Both the position numbers and the translations under genes were made by a program. A stretch of 64,000 nt of DNA from the NCBI GenBank assembly GCA_963422395.1, contig OY729431.1, forward strand, positions 448,001 to 512,000, read 5' to 3'. Source of the DNA: Vicinamibacteria bacterium (GTDB lineage Bacteria; Acidobacteriota; Vicinamibacteria; Marinacidobacterales; Marinacidobacteraceae). Under the pieces are notes generated by a model. That model did no database searches. It saw nothing but the letters and a program-made list of their open reading frames with translations, and was not told the origin of the DNA. This document shows, one piece after another, positions 49,367-60,000 of the stretch (positions within the stretch are counted from its first letter, which is position 1; each line of letters opens with the position of its first letter).

Positions 49367-50243
49367 TGGTCCGAGAGCCGGCGGGCCATGAGATCGACAT
49401 AGGCCGGGTTGCAATCGATCCCGACCCACTTTCGCCCGAGGTGCTGCGCTGCGAGCAGCGTGGTGCCCGATCCGGCGTAGGGGTCGAGGACGACGCTGCC
49501 CTCCCGACTGGAGAGGGCGGCGCAGCGCCGGGCGAGGGCCAGCGGCATCACCGCCGGATGTCCCTTCCCGGCGCCGTTCGTCTTCTGCGGTTCCGTCGGA
49601 ATTTCCCAGGTCGTGCGGAGGCGTCTGCGGTTCGGTCCGCGAACCGCTTCCTGGTCGTAGAAATAATTCTGGGTCTTCGAAGCAGGAACACCGTTTCGTG
49701 GGCTTTCGTCGGACGGTCGCGCACCGACTCGGGATGAGCGTTCGGCTTGATCCACAAGACCTCGGAACGCAACCACCAGCCGGCGTCCTGGAGAGCGAAG
49801 GCGATCCTCCAAGGGATGCCGATCAGGTCCTTCGGCTTCAGGCCCCCGGGGGTCGGCGGGCGGACGCTCATTTCACGGACCCGATTCTTGCGATCCGGAG
49901 CGCGGGTGCGGCGGTTGCCGGAGGTATAGGCGTCGCCGACATTCAGCCAGACGGTTCCGTCGTCCCGCAGCACGCGCCGCAGCTGGTCGAAGACGGCGGC
50001 CAGGCTTTCGACATACTCCTCGAGGGACTCGGTGCAACCCACCTGATTCTCGGTCCGATAGTCGCGGAGCGACCAGTACGGAGGAGATGTGATCACTGTC
50101 TGGACCGAGGCGCTCGGAAGCATCGCCAGAGCCTCGCGAGCGTCTCCGCAGACGAGCAGGGACTTCTCGATGGATTCCAGCTGTAGCTCGGTGGACACCG
50201 GGATTCGGAGGAAAGCCGCCGGAGACTTCGGGCGTCTTGCCAT
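49363..50243 (-). pseudogene. Beta-class N4-cytosine DNA methyltransferase (M.Cfr9I/XmaI/SmaI-like), frameshifted
   Basis: TSPPYW.LRDY...KPKDLIGIPWR...PESVRDRPT.AHE in one frame, and SKTQNYFYD...VLDPYAGSGTT...GID.N..Y in another. One base is missing near 49681. Confidence 0.85.
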
Positions 50244-50462
50244 CGGCGGGGAAGGTCCTGCCATCGGCAAGAGCGCAGCTGTCGATCCGTGCTCCGAGAG
50301 GGGCGCCGCTGCCGGAGATCGAGCCAGGCTGTTTCCCACGCGCAGTCCTCCCGGCCCGGATTCTCCCCGGCTGTCGTCCGGGAGGCAACCGTCCGGGCGG
50401 ATCTGTCGGCCTGCCGCCGGGAGGATTCGGTTACGATCCCCGCTCTTCGGAAGAGTCGCTCG

Positions 50463-51221
50463 GTGTCGGGACACAGCAAGTGGCATTCGATTCGCCACAA
50501 GAAGGCGGTTGTGGACGCCAAGCGGGGCAAGGCGTTCACCCGCCTGCTGAAGGAAGTCACGATGGCGGCGCGCCTGGGCGGCGGGGATCTGCAGTTCAAC
50601 CCTCGCCTCCGCCTCGCCGTGGAGAAAGCGAAAGCCGGGAATGTGCCGCGGGACAGCATCGACCGCGCGGTGAAGAAGGGCACCGGCGAACTCGCCGGAG
50701 TGCGACTCGAGGAAGCGAACTACGAGGGCTACGGACCCGGAGGAGTGGCGGTCATCGTCCACGCCGCGACCGACAACCGCAACCGCACGGTGAGCGATGT
50801 CCGCCACCTCTTCTCGAAGTACGGGGGCAACCTCGGGGAGACCGGATCGGTCCACTGGATGTTCGAGAAGGCCGGCCAGTTCCTGATTCCGAAAGACCGG
50901 GCGAGGGAAGACGACTTGATCGAAATCGTTCTGGCCAGCGGAGGGAGCGATGTTCTCGACGGAGGGGACCATTGGGAGGTACGCACTCCTCCCGAAGCGT
51001 TCACCGCCGTCCGGGAGGCGCTCGGCGAGTTGGGCATCCGCTGCGACAGCGAAGAGATCTCCATGCTCGCCAACCAGCATGTCCGGGTTGCCGGGGGCGA
51101 GGCCCGGCGAGTTCTGCAGCTGATGGAATCTCTCGAGGATCACGAGGATGTGATCCATGTCTGGGCGAACTTCGACATGGATGACGGGGAACTCGACGGG
51201 GAATTCCATGCCGTCTCCTGA
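50463..51221 (+). CDS. yebC: YebC/PmpR-family protein
   Basis: SGHSKWHSIRHKK...DAKRG, YEGYGPGG, TDNRNRT, GSV.WMF. Confidence 0.95.
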   Translation: MSGHSKWHSIRHKKAVVDAKRGKAFTRLLKEVTMAARLGGGDLQFNPRLRLAVEKAKAGNVPRDSIDRAVKKGTGELAGVRLEEANYEGYGPGGVAVIVHAATDNRNRTVSDVRHLFSKYGGNLGETGSVHWMFEKAGQFLIPKDRAREDDLIEIVLASGGSDVLDGGDHWEVRTPPEAFTAVREALGELGIRCDSEEISMLANQHVRVAGGEARRVLQLMESLEDHEDVIHVWANFDMDDGELDGEFHAVS

Positions 51222-51816
51222 CGGCGGATCCCTCGTTTCGGTGCATCCTTCCGAAAAGCAGGCCGCGGAAAGCATTCCGCCCGACCGGTTTCGATCCGAT
51301 CGGATTCGCGTTGTCGGCCTCGACCCGGGTTCGCGGGTCAGCGGCTTCGGGGCAGTGGAGGAGGAAGGCGGCAGGTTGCGGGTCGTGGAGTACGGCACCA
51401 TCCGTTGCCGGACCAGCGACTCCTTGGTGCAGCGGCTCGGGCAGCTGCACCGGGAGACTCGCGAGGTCATCGAGCGCCTCGCTCCGGACGAAGTGGCGGT
51501 GGAGTCGGTATTCAGCGCGGTCAGCGCCGGTTCGGCGCTGACCCTCGGCCATGCGCGCGGTGCAGTGCTCGCAGCGCTCCCGGACCTGCCGTTCGCCGAA
51601 TATGCTCCGCGCTCGATCAAGAAGGCGCTCACCGGCTACGGTGGCGCGGGGAAGGCACCGGTCGCCGTGATGGTCTCCCGGCGCCTCGGTCTCGTTGCCC
51701 CTCCGACGCCGGAGGACGCCGCCGATGCGCTGGCGGTTGCGATCTGCCACCTGGATGCTCTGCGAGCGGCGGTCCGCTTGGCCCGCGCGCACCCGGCCGC
51801 CGGACTGCCGAAGTGA
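51208..51816 (+). CDS. ruvC: Holliday junction resolvase
   Basis: GLDPG, AVESVF, LGHARG, EYAP..IK..LTGYG.A.K, DAADALAVA. Start uncertain. Confidence 0.93.
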   Translation: MPSPDGGSLVSVHPSEKQAAESIPPDRFRSDRIRVVGLDPGSRVSGFGAVEEEGGRLRVVEYGTIRCRTSDSLVQRLGQLHRETREVIERLAPDEVAVESVFSAVSAGSALTLGHARGAVLAALPDLPFAEYAPRSIKKALTGYGGAGKAPVAVMVSRRLGLVAPPTPEDAADALAVAICHLDALRAAVRLARAHPAAGLPK

Positions 51817-52421
51817 TCGAGCGGCTCAGCGGCACTCTCCTCGAGGCCGACGAAGGACGGGTGCTCCTGGATGTGCAGGGAGTGGGTTTCCGGGTGCGCG
51901 TCCCCGCGCTGACCAGCGCCCGGCTGCCGCAGGTGGGAAACGAAGCCTCGCTCATGGTGCGGACTCTGCTCCATCGGGAGGAGGCAGTGGTGCTCTATGG
52001 GTTTGCCTCGAAGGACGAAGCGGAGCTCTTCGATCGGCTCCGCGCGGTGAGCGGAGTAGGGCCGGGCGTTGCGCTGAACCTGCTCGCGCTTTCCCCCTCG
52101 CGCCTCCGGGAGGGGATCCGGGAAAGGGATGTCGATCTCCTGCGGGCTGCGCCCGGAGTGGGAGCGAAGCTGGCCCGGCGACTGATCACCGAACTCGCCG
52201 AAGCGCTGCCGGACGAGGAGAGTTCGGACCTGGCGCCCGAACCAGAGCTCCGGGATCCCCTCCGGGAGCAGCTCGTCAGCGCCTTCCTCCGCCTGCAATT
52301 CAGCGATCGGCGCCGCATCGAGGAAGTGGTGGACGGAGTGCGGCGGGAGATGCCCGAAGCTGAACTCCAGGATCTCTTCACGGCGGCTCTCGGCCGCCTC
52401 TCCGCGCGAGGCGGATCATGA
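51813..52421 (+). CDS. ruvA: Holliday junction branch migration protein A
   Basis: IERLSG.L, DVQGVG, REE...LYGF, VSGVGP, PGVG.K.A.R...EL. Confidence 0.93.
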   Translation: MIERLSGTLLEADEGRVLLDVQGVGFRVRVPALTSARLPQVGNEASLMVRTLLHREEAVVLYGFASKDEAELFDRLRAVSGVGPGVALNLLALSPSRLREGIRERDVDLLRAAPGVGAKLARRLITELAEALPDEESSDLAPEPELRDPLREQLVSAFLRLQFSDRRRIEEVVDGVRREMPEAELQDLFTAALGRLSARGGS

Positions 52422-54484
52422 CCTCCACTTCTCCAGCCGACAACAACGAGTTCTGGTTCGAGGCGCGCGATCGCCTGAAGGAGGCGGCGGCGCTCCTGAG
52501 CCGGGTTCGCCGGTTCTCGACCTATCGGCTCCTCGTCACCGCTTCGGCGGCGCTGGTGGCGTTCGGGGCCCTGGAAGAGCTCTTCTCCGCTGCCTGGCTA
52601 CTCGTCCCGGCCGCCGTGTTCACCGCGCTCGCGTTGGTCCACGATCGGGTCTGGCGTCGAGCGCAAGCGGTGCACCGCATCGCCGAAATGCATCACCGGG
52701 CGGCGCTGCGGGTGGACGCCGACACCGAGGGGGAGCCGGACCGGCCGGGAACTCCGGCGGCGACGATCCGCCGGGGCGGCGTTCCAGCGAGCCGGCCGTC
52801 GCTCGATGAAGAGCGGCGGCTTGCGAGCCGCCTCCATCGGATTCGCGATCTGGGAAACAGCCCATGGGCTGAGCACCTCGAGCTTTTCGGCGCAGGGCAG
52901 CTCTTCGAGCGGCTCGCCGACTGGAGGACGGACGCCGGCGGCGAGGTCCTGGCTAGGTGGATGCTGCGGCCGGCGCCGCCGGCCGAGATCAGGGAGCGGC
53001 AGGCGGCGATCCGCGAACTCGGTTCCCGGCTGGACATCCGCGAGGCGCTCGCCGCCGCCGACAGCTTGGAGGAGTGGCCGAGCGAACGGTGTTCATTCCT
53101 CCTGGACTGGCTGGGGACCGAGAGCAAAGCCCCGGCGGGAGCGGCAGGAGCCGGTCCGGGCGGCGGCGAGGAGGAAGAGGGAGCGGATGGAGTGGACGGG
53201 GCGGAAGGCGCGAAGGGAGATTCGACCGAGGGGAAGGCGCCCTGGCCGGCGCTGGCGCCCCCGAGGTTCGAGATCCTGATCTCGATGGCCGGGGGGCTGC
53301 TCAGCCTCGCGATCCTCGTCGAGGTGATCTTCTGGACCTCGAGGGGCGAAGTGCTGCTCTTCCCGATCCCGCTGCTCTTCGCGCTCGCCCTCGGCCTGCT
53401 GCGGCGCAAAGAGGTGCGTGCCCACGAGACCGTCAGCAGGGTGCTGGATCCCGAGATCGCCGGCCTGCGGGAGATCGCGGCAGCGCTGGCTTCGGAAGAT
53501 TACGAGTCTCCGCGGCTCAAGGAGCTGTACCGACGGCTCGAGGCGGCGCGCCGCCCCCTCGCCGGCCTGCAGCGGCTTCACTCCCGCTTGCGTCTGCGGC
53601 GCAACTTCCTTTTCGCGCCGGTGGCCGCCCTGGTGTTTTGGGGTACGCATCATGTGTGGGCCATCAACCGCTGGCGCCGCCGCCACGGGAACGCCATGCG
53701 CCGCTGGCTCGAGGCGGCGGGGGAGTTCGACGCCTTGGTTGCGCTCGCCCAATATGCGGTGGAACGCCCCGGCCATGTCTTCCCCGAACTGGACGAAATT
53801 CCGGGACTGGAGGCCGTCAACCTCGGGCATCCGCTGATTCCCGAGGCTCGCCTCCAGCGCAATACCGTGCGCCTCGGGCGCGGCGACGCCGAGGTGCTGA
53901 TCGTCACCGGCTCCAACATGTCGGGGAAGAGCACCCTGCTGCGCGCAATCGGCGTCAACTTCGTTCTCGCCCGGATGGGCGGCCCCACCGCTGCGACCAC
54001 CTTTCGGCTCGGCCCGCTGTCACTCGGCGCTTCCATCGCCGTCCACGACTCGCTGCGAGACGGCGTGTCGCGGTTCCTGGCGGAGTTGCTGGCGCTCCGT
54101 TCGGTGCTGGAAACCGGTTCTGCAGAGGAGCCCCTGCTCTTCCTGCTCGACGAGGTCCTGCAGGGAACGAACTCCAACGATCGGCGCGCCGCGGCTGGGG
54201 CCCTGCTCCGTGAACTCGGTCGGCGGTCGGCGGTCGGGGTGATGACCACCCATGATCTGTCGCTCACCGAGCTCGCCGACGAGCTGCCCGACCGGGTGCG
54301 GAACATGCATTTCACCGAGCGCGTCGTGGACGGAGCGATGGAGTTCGACTACCAGCTCCGCGACGGGGTGCTCCCGCACGGGAACGCCCTCGATCTGATG
54401 CGGATCCTGAAGCTGCCCGTGCCCGGAGCCGAAAGCGGCGACTTCACTTCGCTGCCGCCCCGCGGCACGGGCAGAGAGCACTGA
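52418..54484 (+). CDS. Membrane-anchored MutS-related ATPase (MutS domain V)
   Basis: Hydrophobic segments, RQ.AI.EL, GHPLI, IVTGSNMSGKSTLLR, DSL.DGVSRF.AEL, LLDEVLQGTNS, TTHD, FDY.LR.G. Confidence 0.87.
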   Translation: MTSTSPADNNEFWFEARDRLKEAAALLSRVRRFSTYRLLVTASAALVAFGALEELFSAAWLLVPAAVFTALALVHDRVWRRAQAVHRIAEMHHRAALRVDADTEGEPDRPGTPAATIRRGGVPASRPSLDEERRLASRLHRIRDLGNSPWAEHLELFGAGQLFERLADWRTDAGGEVLARWMLRPAPPAEIRERQAAIRELGSRLDIREALAAADSLEEWPSERCSFLLDWLGTESKAPAGAAGAGPGGGEEEEGADGVDGAEGAKGDSTEGKAPWPALAPPRFEILISMAGGLLSLAILVEVIFWTSRGEVLLFPIPLLFALALGLLRRKEVRAHETVSRVLDPEIAGLREIAAALASEDYESPRLKELYRRLEAARRPLAGLQRLHSRLRLRRNFLFAPVAALVFWGTHHVWAINRWRRRHGNAMRRWLEAAGEFDALVALAQYAVERPGHVFPELDEIPGLEAVNLGHPLIPEARLQRNTVRLGRGDAEVLIVTGSNMSGKSTLLRAIGVNFVLARMGGPTAATTFRLGPLSLGASIAVHDSLRDGVSRFLAELLALRSVLETGSAEEPLLFLLDEVLQGTNSNDRRAAAGALLRELGRRSAVGVMTTHDLSLTELADELPDRVRNMHFTERVVDGAMEFDYQLRDGVLPHGNALDLMRILKLPVPGAESGDFTSLPPRGTGREH

Positions 54485-54488
54485 GGCG

Positions 54489-55529
54489 GTGGCAGCGGGG
54501 ACGGGGGCCGGGGCCCGCCGCGAACACGAAGAGTTCCATCGGAGCCTGCGGCCGCGGAACTTCGCCGAATATGTCGGCCAGCGGGCGGTGCTCGAACAAC
54601 TGGAGATCAGCGTCCGGGCGGCGGCGAGCCGGGGCGAAGCGCTCGACCATGTTCTGCTGCACGGCCCGCCAGGGCTCGGAAAGACCTCACTGGCCGCAGT
54701 GCTCGCCCGGGAGCGCGATACCCCGATGCACACCTCGGCGGGGCCTCTGGTGCCCCGGACCGGGGACATGGTGGCCCTGCTGAACTCCCTCGCCCCGAAC
54801 GAAGTCCTGTTCGTGGACGAAATCCACCGACTCGCTCCAGCGGTCGCCGAGGTCCTGTATCCGGCGATGGAGGATCTCCATGTGGACATCATGGTGGGGG
54901 AAAAACTGGGCGCGCACACATTGCGGATCGACCTGCCATCCTTCACTCTGATCGGCGCCACCACCCGCGCCGATCTCCTGACCGGACCTCTCCGGGATCG
55001 GTTTCCGCTGGTGCACCAGCTCGAGTTCTATTCCGTGAGCGAGGTGGAACAGGTGCTCTTCCGGGCGGCGAAGGTGCTGCGGACCCGGCTCGAACCGGAT
55101 GCTTGCCGCGAGATCGCCGCGCGGGCGCGGGGGACGCCCCGGGTCGCCAACAATCTGCTGCGTCAGGTCCGCGACTATGCCGTAGTGCGCGGTGACGGCG
55201 TCGTGGACCGGAAGGCGGCGCTTTCGCTGCTCGATCTCGCCCAGGTGGACGAGCAAGGGCTCGACCGCTTCGACCGCCGCATTCTCGGGAGCTTGCTCGA
55301 CAACTTCGGCGGCGGGCCGGTGGGGGTCGCGAATCTGGCTGCCACCCTCGGGATGGACGCCCGGACGCTCGAGGAGGTGCACGAGCCCTATCTGATCTTC
55401 CGGGGTTTCCTGCGCCGAACCGCCAAGGGGAGGATGCTCACCGAACGTGGGGCGAGGCATCTGGGGCGCTGCCCGGCGGGCGGGCTCTTTTCGGGAACGC
55501 CGGACGAGGGCCCGTCGGGCGGCGGCTGA
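54489..55529 (+). CDS. ruvB: Holliday junction helicase
   Basis: SLRP..F.EYVGQ, GPPGLGKT, FVDEIHRL, GATTR, RGTPRVAN, GGPVG, EPYL. Confidence 0.96.
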   Translation: MAAGTGAGARREHEEFHRSLRPRNFAEYVGQRAVLEQLEISVRAAASRGEALDHVLLHGPPGLGKTSLAAVLARERDTPMHTSAGPLVPRTGDMVALLNSLAPNEVLFVDEIHRLAPAVAEVLYPAMEDLHVDIMVGEKLGAHTLRIDLPSFTLIGATTRADLLTGPLRDRFPLVHQLEFYSVSEVEQVLFRAAKVLRTRLEPDACREIAARARGTPRVANNLLRQVRDYAVVRGDGVVDRKAALSLLDLAQVDEQGLDRFDRRILGSLLDNFGGGPVGVANLAATLGMDARTLEEVHEPYLIFRGFLRRTAKGRMLTERGARHLGRCPAGGLFSGTPDEGPSGGG

Positions 55530-55566
55530 CCTCGCCGTCGGTTCCCGAACCGTCCGTTTCGCGGAG

Positions 55567-56634
55567 GTGAAGACCTCGGACTTCCACTTCGAATTGCCGG
55601 CCGAGCTCATCGCTCGGCATCCCGCCCCGGCGCGCGGCGATTCCCGGCTGCTCCACCTCGGGCGCGGCGGGCGGATTCGGCATCGGCGGTTCTCCGACCT
55701 GCCGGCCCTGCTTTCCTCCGGCGATCTGCTCGTCCGGAATATCTCCCGGGTCATCCCGGCGCGTATCCCGGCCGAGAAGGCCGGCCGCGGGGGCCGCGTC
55801 GAACTGCTCGTCCTGCCCCTGCCCTCCGATCGGGGAATGGTGTTCGAGGCGCTGACCCGGCCTGCCCTCCGCCGGGGAACCCGGCTGCTGGCCGGCGGTG
55901 CGGTCCTCGAGGTGGAAGATTCGATCGGCGATGGCCGGCGGCGGATCCGGATCGTCGAGGGAGCGGCGCATGTCCTGGCACTCGCCGAGCGGGCGGGCCG
56001 GACGCCGCTGCCTCCGTACCTCCGCCGCGGGAGCGCCGAGTCGTCCGCCGAGACGGAGCGGGATCGGGAGCGCTACCAGACGGTGTACGCCAGTGAGCCC
56101 GGCTCGATCGCGGCGCCCACCGCCGGGCTCCATTTCGAAGAAGCGATGTTCTCCCGGTTGGCAGCGCGAGGCGTCGATGTCCGGGATCTGATCCTCCATG
56201 TCGGTTACGGCACCTTCGCACCGGTCCGGACGGGGGACCCCCGGCATCACCAGCTCGCGGCGGAGCGGTTCGAGGTCCCGGAGCCGACCCGGCGGGCGGT
56301 GCTGGCGCAGCTCGACGCCGGACGCCGCGTGGTTGCGGTGGGTACCACCACGGTCCGGGTGCTCGAGACGCCCGGGGTCGTCGGGACGAAGGAGGCCGCC
56401 GGCGACACCTCGCTGCTGATCCTGCCCGGGCACCGGTTTCAGGTCGTCTCCGCGATGCTCACGAACTTCCACTTGCCGCAGAGTTCGCTGCTGATGCTGG
56501 TGTCCGCCCTCGGAGGCAGGGAGCAGGTCCTCGCTGCGTACCGTGAGGCAGTCCGCGAGCGCTACCGCTTCTACTCGTACGGTGACGCCATGCTCGTCGA
56601 GAAACGCGGCCGAGCAGTAACCGTTCCTCCGTAG
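55567..56634 (+). CDS. queA: SAM:tRNA ribosyltransferase-isomerase
   Basis: DFHFELP.ELIA, PLPPY, RYQTVYA, AAPTAGLHF, LHVGYGTF, TNFHLPQS, YRFYSYGDAM. Confidence 0.96.
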   Translation: MKTSDFHFELPAELIARHPAPARGDSRLLHLGRGGRIRHRRFSDLPALLSSGDLLVRNISRVIPARIPAEKAGRGGRVELLVLPLPSDRGMVFEALTRPALRRGTRLLAGGAVLEVEDSIGDGRRRIRIVEGAAHVLALAERAGRTPLPPYLRRGSAESSAETERDRERYQTVYASEPGSIAAPTAGLHFEEAMFSRLAARGVDVRDLILHVGYGTFAPVRTGDPRHHQLAAERFEVPEPTRRAVLAQLDAGRRVVAVGTTTVRVLETPGVVGTKEAAGDTSLLILPGHRFQVVSAMLTNFHLPQSSLLMLVSALGGREQVLAAYREAVRERYRFYSYGDAMLVEKRGRAVTVPP

Positions 56635-56644
56635 AATGACGCCG

Positions 56645-57046
56645 ATGCAGCGGCGCCGGGTCGGAAGCGGAGTGCCTTGGGAAGAGGAGTTCGGCTACTG
56701 CCGTGCGGTGCGGGTCGGTGACCGCATCCTCGTTTCGGGAACCACCGCCACCGGAAGCGGCGGACCGGTCGCCCTCGGCGATGCGCGGGAACAGACGCGA
56801 TTTGTGCTCGGCAAGATTCGCGCGGCCATCGAATCGCTCGGGGGCGCCCTCGAAGATGTGGTGCGCACCTGCATCCAGGTGCGGCCCGGCGCCGACTGGG
56901 AATCGGTCGCCCGGGTCCACGGAGAGGTGTTCGGCGCCGTCCGGCCCGCCTGCACGCTGACCTTCGCCGAGCTGGTCGGCGACGAGTATCTGGTGGAGAT
57001 CGAGGCAGAGGCGGTCGTCCGCGGGTCGGCGCCCGAAAACGAATGA
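56645..57046 (+). CDS. RidA/YjgF/UK114-family protein
   Basis: SG.PWEE.FGY.RAVRVG, VSGTT, VARVHG.VFG.VRPA.T, LVEIEAEA. Start at 56645 or 56636. Confidence 0.88.
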   Translation: MQRRRVGSGVPWEEEFGYCRAVRVGDRILVSGTTATGSGGPVALGDAREQTRFVLGKIRAAIESLGGALEDVVRTCIQVRPGADWESVARVHGEVFGAVRPACTLTFAELVGDEYLVEIEAEAVVRGSAPENE

Positions 57047-60000
57047 GGATGCGGTCTCCGGCGGCGCCGCCCGGTCTTCCCCTCCGCCGTCTCCGGCACT
57101 GGGTGCCGGCGCCGATCCTCCCGGCGTTGGCGGCCTTCGGGGTTGCGGTGTCCTCGGTTGCAGCGTCCGCGGTCGTGCAAGGCCCCGTTCGCCGAGCGGA
57201 AGTTCCCGACGGGTTTTCCGTGCCGGCCGAGGTTCTCGGGGCTTTCGACTTTCGGATGGTCGGACCGTCGCGGGGCGGTCGGGTCACTACGGTGACGGGG
57301 GTTCGGGAAGAGCCGCATGTCTTCTACCTGGGTTCGACGGGCGGCGGAGTGTGGAAGACCGAAAATGCCGGGGTTTCCTGGACCGACATCTCCGACCGGG
57401 AGTTCGCGGTGGGTTCCATCGGCGCGGTGGCGGTCGCGCCCTCGGACCCGAATGTGGTCTATGTCGGAACCGGCTCCGCCTGCCCGCGCGGCAATGTCTC
57501 GGTTGGGAACGGGGTGTACCGCAGTACCGACGCCGGTCGCTCCTGGACCCACGCCGGCCTCGATCGGGCCGGGCTCATCGGGCGAATCGTGGTGGACCCG
57601 CGAGATCCGGACCGGATCTTCATTGCGGTACTCGGCCAGATCTTCGGCCGCTCGTCCGAGCGCGGGGTGTACCGCAGCGAAGACGGCGGCAACACCTGGG
57701 AAGCGGTGCTGCAGGTCTCGGAGAGCACCGGAGCGGTGGACCTGACCGTGAACCCGGCGAATCCCCGGGAGCTGTTCGCCGCCATGTGGCAGGCGGAACG
57801 AAAGCCGTGGACCCTGATCGACGGCGGCGCCGAGAGCGGTCTCTACCGTACCCGCAACGGCGGGGATCACTGGGAGCGGCTCGAAGGGGGCCTGCCGCAA
57901 GCTTCTGAGGACGCTCCGATCGGGCGCATCGGGGTCTCGATCGCAGCTTCCGACCCCCGGCGGGTCTATGCGCTCGTGACCGCGGCGGCGGAACGGGGCG
58001 GGCTCTACCGGAGCGATGACGGCGGCGACCGCTGGTCGCGGGTGAACGGCGACCGCCGGCTGCGCACTCGCGGCTGGTATTACAGCCATGTGGTCGCCGA
58101 TCCGACGGATCCGGACACGGTGTATGTCCTGAACGCTCCCTTGCTGCAATCGGTGGATGCCGGGGCCTCGTTCCGGCCGGTGCGGGTTCCGCATGGGGAC
58201 AACCACGACCTCTGGATCCATCCTGAAGATGCCCGCATCATGGTGGAGGCGAACGACGGCGGTGCCACGGTGTCCCTCGACGGCGGCGAGAATTGGTCCT
58301 CCCTCCACAATCAGCCCACCGCCGAGTTCTACCGCCTCACCTTGGACGATCGGTTCCCCCGCCGGCTCTACGGCGCGCAGCAGGACAACACCACGATCAG
58401 CGTGCCGGCCTGGACCGACGGCGGCCTGTCTCCCGAGACCCACTGGCGGGATGTCGCCGGAGGCGAGAGCGGACACATCGCGGTGACCCCCGGTCGGCCG
58501 GAGCTGACCTACGCCGGCAACTACATCGGCCAGATAGATCGTCGGGACGCTGCTGAGGCCGGGGCGCGCAATGTGATCCTCTACCCGGAGCTCGCCGACG
58601 GAGTGGCTCCCAGGGATCTGCGCTACCGGTTCCAGTGGAACGCCCCGATCCTGGTTTCCCGCCACGATCCGGAAGTCGTCTTCCACGCTTCGAACTTCGT
58701 CCACCGAACGAACGATGGCGGGCTCTCTTGGCGGACGATCTCGCCGGATCTGACCGCCGACGATCCGGAGAAGCAAGCGCTTCCGGGCGGCCCCGTCCAG
58801 TACGACCACACCGGCGTCGAGGTGTACGGCACGGTGTTCGCCCTCGCTGAATCGCCGCGGCAGGCGGGAATCCTCTGGGCCGGGACCGATGACGGCCGGG
58901 TCCACCTGTCGCGCGACGGGGGAGAGAGCTGGACCGAGGTGACCCCGCCGGAGATGCCGCCGGGAGCGACGGTGAACAGCGTGGACGCCTCCAGCCACCG
59001 CGACGGCGGCGCGATCCTCGCGGTGCATCGCTATCGGGAGAACGACTTCGCGCCGTATCTCTTCAGTACCGAGGACTTCGGGACGAACTGGACCCGGCGG
59101 GGTGCGGACGGGGGCCTTCCGGAGGGGCATCCGGTGCGAGTGGCCCGCCAGGATCCGACAGATGAACGGATTCTCTATCTGGGGACCGAATTCGGCCTCT
59201 TCCTCAGCCTGGACGGGGGCGCCGCCTTCGCCCCCTTCGGGGATCTGCCGGCGACCCCGATCACCGACCTTCGGGTGGCGGGTGACGAATTGTTCGTCGC
59301 CACCCAGGGCCGCTCCTTCTGGATACTCGACGACCTGAGCCCGGTGCGGGCGCTCGCCGGCCGCTCCTGGGATGTGCCCGCGCTCCTTCCCGCCGGGCCG
59401 GCAGTACGGCTCGCGACCGGCGGCGGGCGACCGTTCCGCGGCCCGGGAGCCCCCGAGAATCGCCCGCCGGGCGTCCTTCTCCATTACTTCCTCCCGGAGG
59501 ATCTCCCGGCAGGGAGTGCGCTCCGGATCACCATCACCGATGGTGCCGGCGCGACCGTCCGGGAGTTCACCCGGAAGCCGTCCCCGGCCGCTTCCGCGGG
59601 TGCGCGGGGCGGAGAACGCCCGGATCCGGACGCGGTGGATTCCGTTGGGGACTCCGCAGTGGATGCAATCCTCGATGCGGAAGCGGGGCTCCAGCGGATC
59701 GCCTGGGACCTGAAATACCGGAGGCCGAAACTCCAGCAGGGAGCGGTGATGTCCATTTCCTACACCGGCGGGATGTTCGTGCTTCCGGGGGACTACAGCG
59801 CTTCGCTGTGGACTACCGAGGGCGGCGCGGAAGACCGGGCGGAGAGATCGGTGGGGAGCGTGCCGCTCGTGGTGCGCGCCGATCCCAGGGTTTCGGCGGC
59901 GGCCGGCGATCTCCGCCAGCAGCACGACCTGGCGAGGCGGGCGCAGGCGCTTCTCGAAAGAGTCCACGAGCGGATCGGCGCCCTGCGGGAGGCGCGGCGC

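Noticed and set aside
49675-49690. Programmed frameshift or phase variation in the methyltransferase
   Set aside because: No slippery heptamer, homopolymer or short tandem repeat at the break.
52418-54484. Canonical mismatch-repair mutS or mutS2
   Set aside because: No mismatch-recognition domain or Smr domain is recognisable, and it has membrane segments, so no gene symbol was given.
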